A stretch of DNA of 64,000 nucleotides from Setoptus koraiensis (Eukaryota; Animalia; Arthropoda). Every line of letters begins with the position of its first letter. Positions within the stretch are counted from its first letter, which is position 1. The notes below the pieces were generated by a model. The model was not told where the DNA came from. It did no database searches and saw nothing but the letters and a program-made list of their open reading frames with translations. Position numbers and translations under genes: made by a program. This document shows, piece by piece, positions 26,548 to 37,258 of this stretch. The stretch is from positions 9,424,001-9,488,000 of the forward strand of contig CM106585.1 of assembly GCA_048013815.1 (NCBI GenBank), written 5' to 3'.

Positions 26548-27478
26548 ATGCCTTCCGATGACAATGGTAGTGCTGAAGGTGATAGATCTCATCTTCGACA
26601 CGAGCAGCCGGCTTCCACGTTTCGGATAATGGTTGCGGGAGCCGTTGCAGGACTTCTTGTAGACACATCATTATTCCCCATAGACACCATCAAATCTCGA
26701 GCGCAGAGCCAAGCAGGCCTATTCGCGTCAGGGGGTTTCAGAAATATCTACAGAGGGCTCCCATCAATTCTTGTCGGGTCCATACCTAATGGTAAGGATG
26801 CGTCTCTCTATGTATACAGTGCCTCTTGACGATCCTAACAATTTATCTTTCCCATCATTATCCCTTATAGCCGCCTTGTTTTTCATCACGTATGAAACAT
26901 TTAAAGAACATCTCGGACTTTGGAATAAGAGTTATACCAGTGTAAATAATTCGCTGGCTGCTTCTATTGGAGAGCTGGTGGCTTGCGGAGTACGTGTCCC
27001 TTATGAAGTTGTTAAATTGAGAGCTCAAACTTCTTCCGTGTCTCTGAAAACTTTAAGTTTATTCAAGAAGATATTCGCGAGTGAGGGCGTGCCAGGTATC
27101 TACAGAGGCTATGTAAGCACTATTTCTAGAGAGATACCTTTCAGTATGATTCAGTATCCTATATGGGAAGGATTAAGAGAGAGGCACATGAACCACCATG
27201 GCAAGCCAGTTACCGCACTTGAATCTGCCTATTATGGATCTTTAGCTGGAGGAATAGCTGCTTTCATCACAACCCCCCTGGACGTCGCTAAAACCAGAAT
27301 CATGTTGGCTGATAGTTCAGATCGATTAGCTTCGGGTAATGTTGGCTATGCACTGAAACAAATATACTTCGAAAAAGGTGTTCTTGGCCTCTTTGCTGGT
27401 GCCTTAGCAAGAATGTTTTGGATCTCAGCCGGTGGTGCGATTTATTTAGGATCATACGAGAAAGTATTGACATTATGA
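26548..27478 (+). CDS. SLC25A26: Mitochondrial S-adenosylmethionine carrier
   Basis: Exons 26548-26791 (G|GTAAGG) and 26871-27478. Carrier signatures FPIDTIKSR, VPYEVVKLRAQ, TPLDVAKTRIML; also REIPFSMIQYPIWE. Confidence 0.93.
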
Positions 27479-29037
27479 TAATCAACATATGATGGGTACT
27501 CCGGGTCGGGTTGAGATTGTTGAATTTCAGGAGTGGGAGGTGGAGCGGGCGGTATATCTTCAGAAGAGTAAATAGGTTCTTCTCTACCTAAGTCAGAATC
27601 ATCATGAGTTGAGGTGGCTGGACATCTTTGATAATAGTTATTGCCGTAGGTTGAGGAGGCGCTAGTCGATGTGCCAGGCATCAAGCGACCGTAAGTTGAT
27701 TCTTGATAGATATATGTTGGAGTCGGAGGCAACGGCGGTACTAGGTTATTGTGTGGTATCATGATATTGGCAAACGGTTGTTCTGCGTGTCTGGATTCAT
27801 CATCTGAAGCAAGGATACCGTTCATGCCTACACCAGTACCACTCTTTTTGCTCTCAGAATCTTCCCTGCATGAGCGTATCGTGACAACTCCAATAAATGT
27901 TAGTATTGACACGCAAATCACAACCACCTTTATATAGTCAAAACCAGTTTGTTCTAACGGAGGTTCTGGGATTTGAGGTATTGGAGTGACTTGAGGGCAT
28001 CTAGTGGGACCCTCATCGGTGCCATCTTCACAATCCACTATTCCATTGCACAATAAATGCCTCGATAAGCATTTTTCTATGCATAGGAAAGTTTTACCGT
28101 CATCACAAGGGCAGTTTGATTCATCTTCCTCTGTCTCTTTGCAATCGACTGTTCCATCACACTTAAATTTGTGATCGATGCAGATTGGTTTAGATCTATT
28201 AGGATATTTACAATCAAATTGAGTGTCGCTACATTTTGCAAATTCGTCATATGAGTTCTTATTAAAATTAAGAGTAGCTGGCAAATCTCCGGGTAAAGTT
28301 GTGTGTGTTGAATTCTGATTGACTTGATTGTGGTCGCCGACGCACGTTGCATCTTGTTGCGGTGTGGGCAAATCTTCGCATTTCCATTTGATTAACATAG
28401 CCCCATTGTTAGTTGATTCATTCGTTGACTTACTAGTTAATTGTTCCAAATATTTTCCACATTGATTCTGTACCGATAAACAAAGATGTTTACAGGGCAA
28501 AAGAATACTAGGCGCCATTACCGTGCACTGGGGAGCAAACAATGCACACAGGAATAATTTTACGTCTTCGCTTTGTTTAAATAACCATGCAAATTTGTTT
28601 AACTCCGCAACGGCTGACTCTTGAGTTGTGTGATTAAAATGATTTTTGAATGGTCTAATAGTCATGTTCCATCCAACACCATTACATAATGGAACAAGCA
28701 TGGGATCACATGAACCTTCAGGTGGCTGGTTCACTTTTTCAAGTTCAGAGGCCATTTTCCATTCACTTTGAGGATTGAGCGATACTAATTCAAATGAACT
28801 AGAGTTAGTGCTGGCTGATATCACATGATTATTTGTAACTATTTCTACTTGTGTTGGTCGTCTCACGGCACCGTTGTCGTCGTTTATTGGCTGAGTGGCC
28901 AATGCAAACTGTTGAGCATTACATTGTATAATTGTTGTGTATAAAAGAGTTTCATGCAACAGTGTAGCGATAATAAATAAATAATAACAATGATATAAAA
29001 TCTGACGGCATGCTTTCATCTCTTGAGTTAGGAACAT
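27442..29037 (-). CDS. Type I membrane protein: signal peptide, Frizzled CRD, 2 LDLa repeats, TM, Pro/Tyr/Ser-rich tail; single exon
   Basis: First ATG at 29037 (alternative 29019). CRD ~28710-28342 (CDPMLVPLC..NMT..NHFNH..FLCALFAPQC..PCKHLC); LDLa repeats with CDGTVDC..EDESNC and CNGIVDCEDGTDE; TM YIKVVVICVSILTFIGVVTI. Confidence 0.88.
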   Translation of the reverse strand: MFLTQEMKACRQILYHCYYLFIIATLLHETLLYTTIIQCNAQQFALATQPINDDNGAVRRPTQVEIVTNNHVISASTNSSSFELVSLNPQSEWKMASELEKVNQPPEGSCDPMLVPLCNGVGWNMTIRPFKNHFNHTTQESAVAELNKFAWLFKQSEDVKLFLCALFAPQCTVMAPSILLPCKHLCLSVQNQCGKYLEQLTSKSTNESTNNGAMLIKWKCEDLPTPQQDATCVGDHNQVNQNSTHTTLPGDLPATLNFNKNSYDEFAKCSDTQFDCKYPNRSKPICIDHKFKCDGTVDCKETEEDESNCPCDDGKTFLCIEKCLSRHLLCNGIVDCEDGTDEGPTRCPQVTPIPQIPEPPLEQTGFDYIKVVVICVSILTFIGVVTIRSCREDSESKKSGTGVGMNGILASDDESRHAEQPFANIMIPHNNLVPPLPPTPTYIYQESTYGRLMPGTSTSASSTYGNNYYQRCPATSTHDDSDLGREEPIYSSEDIPPAPPPTPEIQQSQPDPEYPSYVDYHNVNTFSYDPK

Positions 29038-29911
29038 CTTTGTTAAGCGTCGTAATAAGCTCGACTGAGAATTAATTCGCACCAACAATGTGACATCTTA
29101 TCCATTAATTACAATGATAGTGGCGATGGCGAGAGTTAATAGTGAGTATGGCGTGTGATAAAAATACAAACAATAGTGATTATCATTGTGACATCCGTAA
29201 ATTGATGGTATGTAACAACAAGTAAATAAAACAGTTGATATTGAAGATGGACATTTGTTGTGATGCTGAATGTTATTGGTGCATTTCGTCCATATTTCAA
29301 CGGTAGCCTATAGAAAGCTATTGAACACGGAATGTGCAATGTGCCGTGGACGCTTTCTCTGTGCTTGGATCAATACACACATTTGATGACAGAAATGACC
29401 AACAAGATGATGCCACACCAATACCAAACAAACAAAACAGTTTCCGACTGGGCGTGTCACTTTCAGTAAAACCAACCGCGCGGGTATATGCAGTAAGGCT
29501 GGTGCAGCGGGCGTAGAAAATACTGGCACAACCGCGACCGCGGACATACGCGGACACTAGTGATTGGCGCACCCGCAGCCGGCATGTTTTCTTGAGGCGC
29601 ATTCCGCTGTTGCTTTGTGCGCTGCTTTCGTGTGCTACCGTGTGCAACAGTGATCGATAGAATAAGAGCGTTCGCGAACCGCCAGCGAGCCTTACCGTAT
29701 TACTTCAAATTCGAACAAATTAAGGGGACGCAGACGTTTATTTTCGAGACAATTTTAATGTTTTATAGGATATATAGATACGAGACATTGTTGACATTGT
29801 TTTGTTTTTTTAGAGAAAATAAAACTAGTGACGCAAAATTTAGCTGATTATTGATTTTTTCATCGGCCTCTTGGTCGCAGAGGATGTGAAGGTGAAATTG
29901 TTGGATAAAGC

Positions 29912-30181
29912 TTATGAGACCAGAGTTTTCTCTTGTTCGATCTGCGTCAAACTAGGTAGAGTATTCTTTTCTTCCGTCTGAGCGGGCTTGAGTTGCTCTT
30001 TTCTGAATGATTCGATATTTTGGATGACCTGTTGTTGTTGTTTCTCATTCTTTATCTGCTCTGCTGATGGTAGAACAATTTTTTCCTCTGTTTGTGCATG
30101 CTTGAGACTGTGGTCAGCCTCGAGCTCGGCCTTGAGGCCTCCGTCGATTTTGGGTAGTTCCTCTTTGCTTGGCGAAGACAT
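29912..30181 (-). CDS. Beta-thymosin/WH2 actin-monomer-binding protein with two repeats (ciboulot-like), 89 aa
   Basis: Repeats LKHAQTEEKIVLPSAEQIKNEK and LKPAQTEEKNTLPSLTQIEQEK. Confidence 0.92.
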   Translation of the reverse strand: MSSPSKEELPKIDGGLKAELEADHSLKHAQTEEKIVLPSAEQIKNEKQQQQVIQNIESFRKEQLKPAQTEEKNTLPSLTQIEQEKTLVS

Positions 30182-31312
30182 TTTTGGTTGCTTGATAATA
30201 TGGATTGGCGAGGTCTCTTCGATATCTAGGGATACTCGTTTGGTTGTTGTCGTTGCTGGTATGTATTGTTGGTCGGATTGAAATTAAATCTAATGTTTGA
30301 CACTAGTGCTGATACTGATGATAAAGATAATATGGTAAAGTAATTCTTGTGTACTCCAAAAAATACTGTGTGCTGTTGAGGAAGACGAAATTACAAAAGC
30401 AACTAAACTTCAATCTCTCTCTCTCTCTCGCTCTCGCAGACAGGCCAAACTCACAATTCTTCTTTCCCCCGTCCACCGCTAAAAAGTTGACTGTCTGTCC
30501 CAAGTTGTACGATTGTCTAGTTTGTGTGTGCGTTTCATGTTTGAGTCCGGTTAAGTCGTTGAAGCACACAGTTGAGTGACTCAAGAGAAGCAATAACAAC
30601 AACAAGTTGGCTGATATTGATGCTGCTGCTGCTGCTGCAGTTGCTGTTCAATTGTTTCTACATAATAATCCACCTCATAATATAGGGTGAGCACATCAAA
30701 TGGTGAAGCCATTAGCCACAACTGTGCTGTTCGATGCACATTTCGCTCTGTGCTTCACGCTGTTGGCTTAGTTTGTTCATGGCAGTGTTTGCTCAAATGC
30801 ACATTCTGTGCCCTGGTAGTGTCAACCTTTTTTGGACAACAACACACTGACGAAAGCATGCAACGTAATCCATTCAAAATGGACATTTGCTCTGCCCATC
30901 CTATATGATGATGCCGGTGGTTGTTGTGTCAGCAACTATCACACAGATGATTATGGCAAAAGCAACAGCAAAAAGGACTGCATCAACATCTGCGATAGCA
31001 ATCATCCTATCAGCCTATCTCTGGCGTACAATTTCTTCACTGGCCACTAGCTAGTTTTTTGTGCCTGTTAATGCAACACGGTGACATGTAATCCCGAGTT
31101 CTCTCCATGGTCGATAGGTGTCGCATGCCCATAAAACAATGGTATAGTGTGTGACTTTAGAGAGATAGCAATCGTTGCAGCGAACATTGCACAGAACGTA
31201 ATCCTTCGGAGTTGAAATTATCACACAAAATAACACAGGAAGAATGGGAGGAATTCTTCGAATGAATTGATTCGAGCTCTTTCTTTCGAAATTCGAATCG
31301 TTCTTTTCCCAT

Positions 31313-31313
<1 letters not shown>

Positions 31314-31356
<43 letters not shown>

Positions 31357-31362
31357 CACACA
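31314..31362. repeat. (CA)n microsatellite
   Basis: About 24 CA units with one CG interruption. Confidence 0.95.
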
Positions 31363-34300
31363 CAGGATGACTCATGTAGGATCGCAAAGGTACAAGTTCG
31401 TTTGTTCGTTTGTCTGTCTGTCTAGTATTGTATTGTAGTGAAGTGTTTTCTATTCCATTCTGTTGCGTCAAGGGTAGTGTCAGGCAGGAATGGGGAAACT
31501 GTATGATAGAGCAAATAGATCAACAAACAGCCACCCAACTAGAATGGCGTCCCTGTTCTCCTGTGCAAGATATCGGAGCATAAGAGGAGAGGGGGAGGGG
31601 GCATATTATCAAGAAGATGTCGGAGCGAAAAGAAAGAAGAAGAAGAGTTGAACCGACTGAGCCGGCCAGAGTCCCGTCTCACACTAGTCCACGCCCGAGT
31701 GTTTCCCTCCCAGTGACTTTGCTGCCACTCTCAGGCACCATGACACTGCCATCGCCATAGAAGCCACAATCGCCGCTAATGGTCAGCAGTTTTAATGGAG
31801 ATATATATCGCCGAACAAGTCGGCCGGTTTTATCACGCTTTGCGAAACGCTTTATAACATTTCCAGCAGCATGCTAAAAGCATTGTGCTGCTGCTGATGC
31901 CCTTAACTGCGCTTACTTTTGCAAGAGTTGGGGCTATATCGACTATGTGTGCAATAGTAACTCTTTGTTATATCTTCCATGACCATCATCGTGGAACTCA
32001 ATTTTCCCCCCAAACGCATAGCATATAATAAACAAATCCAGCTCACTTTTTCATCTCAATCCTCGAAGCATTTCACTAAGTTTGCCGAGTGTGCTGCTGT
32101 AATCATTATCGTCGTCGTCGTCCCCGTCGTGATGGACGCTTTAGCCATACAATGGTCAGGGCTTAAAGAAGCTCTTACTATCAATGGCAACTCACAAGCC
32201 ATTGGCATCACTCTTTCACTGCACCACTACCGCCAATCCAACAATCTAATGAGGAAAACATCAGTAGCAACAACTAGAAAAGGCCATAAGATGGCAGCAG
32301 TATTGTTGCGCAAGTTTCGTTATCCGCTGACAAGAATCCGCTTGTGAGAAATTGCCCAATGCCGGTTTTGCAGTGACTCCGAGCAGCGGACTCTCTATTT
32401 TACCGATGATCACGTCGATGATCGATGAGTGATTACAGTTTAAGCTGACGTAACCACCGCAAAGACCAGCCACAAAGACAACAACAATGATAATCACACA
32501 TTCCGGCCGCTAAAAACTCCAATCGGAGCCAGTTTTGTATAATGTTGTTCCAATTTACCACTAACTTTCTGATGGCACCATTGAAAGCATTTTTAGATGA
32601 TACACAAAAAAGGAGGATGCCTTTCTCTGGACGAAAGCAAAAGTCAACTTCTTCGTTTTGTGGGAAAATATGGTATCACTTGCGGCACTGTTTTTGCGAT
32701 GAATATAGAGCCACCATGGGCATACTTCCTGCAGCACTTTCTTTGTGGTTCACGAAAGCTCATGTACAAGGATAAACAACAACTACGACACATCCAGTTT
32801 CGATACTTCATAACTGACCTGCGACGACAATTAAGTCCGGCTGTCGAGCACTTGTCTCTGCTAAGTTACAGGTTTTTTTTTGCTGACATTTCTACAGTGT
32901 CGACAGTGGTGATGACGAACATGATACGAATACATATTTTGTCTACATCATTATATCGAGTTACAAGTGCATTTGTGCTGGGTACGAAGATAAATTAGAG
33001 CAATTTTGAGATAATGTGCCTATGGATTGAGTAGAGATGTGTGTATCCTTCTGCTACTTTTAGTCTGTATCAACTAACATCCAAAGTATCCATCCGAAGA
33101 GTTTCTCTCATTGTTCTTTTGGCTCTGTTCATCTGAATTGATTGTTGTTCGGTGGCGCGCCAATGCGATGAATCAACAGTTGTAAACTGTTGATGTGCCA
33201 AGTCGAATGTTGTTGACTCCCCTCTATCGTATCCCTTGTACACAATGTACCATGGTGCTACATGTATAAACAATAGCCTTACGGTCGCCGTCTTGATAAG
33301 CTACGAATAGAACCCCAAAAATTTTGTTTTGTGCACAAGATCGAGTAGAAGTAATCTGCTTTGGTGAAGCCCTAAAAAAGCCTGTCACGATTGTATCTCC
33401 TTACTCACCTTCAAGAGAAGTTTCGCACATCGTAAATGTGCATCCCCTCGGATAAATGACCGATTAACTTTGAAAGCGTTTGCATAAGCACTAACGATCA
33501 AGTATGATTCTGTACCACTAGATGACGCTAGCGTTTCTCTTGATTGTTTCTAGACGAACACTTCAGTGAGAGCCACTGTCTATCCAGACCTTAGCCAATG
33601 TTGTGTCTTCCTGTCAGATAGTGTTGAGCGATCAACGTTAACTCGCAAGCCTATTCTGATTCGTTCACGCTCTGATAAAACTTGAGTTTCTGGTTGGCAA
33701 ACGAATTCACTTGAACAAATTCACCGGACTACTTATGCCATCATACAATGTCGCAACACTCAGTGGGTCACAAGAGTATGATAATTTGGCTCTCTGATTA
33801 TCAGTTATTGGTCTTGAAGTAGCAACATTTTGGACATTATTTTTATTGCGCAACTGAAGCTTCAATAGCTTACCTTGCAAATGATACGATTGTTGTTCAT
33901 TAAGCATGGTCACGCAGCAATACGTTGGCATTCATCAAGCCAACACAGTTGAGATTTGTTGTGCACAATAGCAGGAATAAAGTTGTCATTGCGACACTAG
34001 TTTTAGCAATCTATTGTTGGTCGCTTGAAATCTCCTCGGCCAGTCGTTAGCCGACAACATAAAACAATTGCTAGGCATCATGTGACATGAGTGCAACTAG
34101 GTATTGTTGAATTTAGAAATTGAACCAACACATCACACATGACTCATTTTTAATGTATGCAACAGCAACCTGCTGCAGCATCCTGCTATACGTAACATGT
34201 ATGTATACCTTTCTGTCGGAGATGATGATCAATGTCACCGCTGTATCAACAAATAGCTATTGTTGTTGCTGTTGCTGTTGTTGTTGGAGTAAATGTTCCA

Positions 34301-37258
34301 CCATGTCTCATTATGCTCATTTACACCACGCCGTTGTTAAAGCCATAACTAGCGGTGCCGGTAGTAAGTTGATATCTTTTGCAACAAAATTCTCCATGAA
34401 AAACTAGTAGTTTTGTCATGATTATTGTCTGGATTTGCTGGACGTTGGCCAATATTGAACAATTGCATCGCCTAGTGTTAACATTTAAACTGTCAATGTA
34501 CTTGTGATTGAATAATTACAAGATTGAAATAAGTTTCGCAACGTTTCCACTCCAGCATGCCCTTAACCTTGGCACCTGATGATATGCTTCGCATCATGCA
34601 AAAATCAGGGTTTGTGCCTGGTGATGGCAACAACGGCCAACTCACCAAAAGCCTAGCCAGGAAACAATCTAGTTATACCATTGTTTCTTCTTGTTGGCAC
34701 AGCAATGAAATTGTTGCGTAGAATTTATTTGTAGATGCAGTGCTTCCATCAACTGGAGCCAGTTTGTTGGCTTATGATGATGTCATGGAAAAAATTATTA
34801 TAATCATATTTTTCACAGCATGGACAACAGCTAAAAAGGAGAAACAATAAACAACAATCTTTAGTGCGATTGTCTAAATAGGTATATGGCTAAGTAGCCA
34901 GTGTGTGATGCCCAATTCTCTCTGTGCCTGTCAGTTGCGCTCATTAATGTCCGAATCGACAAGTCATGACAGAGATTAATGGTTGGTCTTCTTCCACTTC
35001 TCAAGCTGTTATTCATCATCATTATCTACATCGCCTGCATCGCAATCATCACGAGTATTTCATAAGCGCCTAGATGTGTTTGTAGTTATGTTCGCTCATC
35101 ATTAACAACATCATCATACAAGTTTGACAGAGCCAACATTCTATTCTATTTTGATTTGATTTATCCCATCTTTTATGTTGCTTTCATCATCATCAGCAAC
35201 TGCATCACAGTCAGCGAAGCAATTTACATTTCTCTATTTGTCCGTGATTGACTCATTGGTACACTCATGGGTCTCTCGCTGTAGAATTAACTGTGTGCTC
35301 GTTGATGTTGACCGTCATGATAATCACATCACATCGCCATCATGATTGTATATGCATATTTCGAGCTTGTTCCGGGAATCTGTGGCGTTTTCAGCACTGC
35401 TACACACCCAATTGCCGGCTAGCATTAAATAGGCAGTCGTACTTGATTCTTTCAAACAGAAGCTTCCAACGAGAAGTTCTAAATCGGCATCGCAAGCTAT
35501 TATTATTACTATTATTAGCTTCATCAGCGAGTCGGCGTTAGCATCATTTGATTTCCCTGACTCTGGTCATCGGTGAGCGGACACCGATCATGGACAACGT
35601 ACAAGTTAATCTATCATTACCAATCAGCTGTGGGCTGATCATTCAGGCAACTTGTTGCACTATTTTGTGGCGCAAAATGGAAGGCCAGAGGTGAGAGAGA
35701 AAAGAGAGGGAGAGAGAGAGAGAAAAAAATCGGCCTATCGAAGAGTGACCAATCACGACTGCATACTTTGTATGTGTGCTTGCCAACTTTATAACCTACC
35801 CAAAGTGGCTTACCAATGGATTTGTATAGTTTTTCGATCAAACGTCCAAGATTTTGGGCAAATGGTTGTTGTTGTTATTGATATTGATATTATCATCATC
35901 TGCAACGTTTACGCTAGCTGTTATCACCTATTGTTATTTTCGTTGTTGTTCGCTTTAAATCGCTCTGTGCCTTCTCTCTTAGATATTATCAAATGCCCAA
36001 GGCGACTTCAAGTATAGAATTTGATGCAAAAGAGGATTCCGAGTGGCCATTTGAATGGATTTGTCTGCGATTGTTTGCCTGATCGCTCGTTGCCGGTTGC
36101 TTGAATGTGTGTGTGTGTGTTGGTATTTTGATTTCGTGACTTGTGCAAATAAAGTAGTCCGGCGGAAGGGTAGCTACATGATAATATCATTCTCATTGAT
36201 AGGGAACATGTGAAAAATGTAGCGCAAGTTCAATGGTAGCTTGGCGATTGCATGGATAATCCATGTCTGTGAATAGTTTTAGTTGTTCTTTGGCTTTGGT
36301 GTAATGATAATAATAACAATAACAACAAAAAGATAGCATAGGTTTAGGCATGCACACATGTGGGCAAGCGAATAAATAAATTTCAATAGAGTTATGATGA
36401 TGGTACGAGATGCAAATTTTGTGATACGAGGACGGTCAAGAGAGGGAACATGCACACAACTATAGCGAACAAAATGGCTATCGAACTGAATTGGAATATC
36501 GAACAAAATGGCTTTGCGAATATATAATATCTACGCAATATTGGCCCTATTGTGTGTGCGTGTGTGTGTGTGTGTGGCTGGCGAACCAAGAGCTGGTAAT
36601 TCGGCGGCCATAATGAGCCACACACACAAGATTCGCATCAGACCATTGGGCAACCTTGTTCTATGTTTGCCCAATGGTGTTGTATTGTGCGATAAGCATC
36701 GTCGAATTAACACTAAGCTAACCGGTGCATGTGCACACTGTACGCATGCGCCAAATGAAAACTTTTATATGGCCGGTAGCTGAGAGAACAATTGAGACAA
36801 CGGCAAAGTCATGCATAATCAAGGACCGAATCAAGATTGAAAGGGGAAGGATGGGGAGCGCCGTTGCAGAGGCACATGCTGTTGCGATGGGCACACGCAC
36901 TTGCACCGTGTATTATAGGTTGCGCACACAATCAATCACATGTTGCACAAAAATGGAAAAATAAAATATTCTCCGAAGCAATTCGATTCATTCTGAGCTT
37001 ATCGTTCTTATGCCATGACATGCAAATAAATACAATCAAACCAGATAATCTATTCGTACATCAGGCCGACTAATGTGCAACAGCAACTCCATCATGACTG
37101 GCATCGCAACAGGAAGTAGTCGAGTATCCCTGTATCATCATCACGATATGAATTCAAAAAGAATTGAGCACCATGTTGTTGTGCCATTATGCACCCACTA
37201 GACGACATAGCTGTCCATTTTCAAGTTCAACGCCACAACCAACACAACTGGCCTCCAA

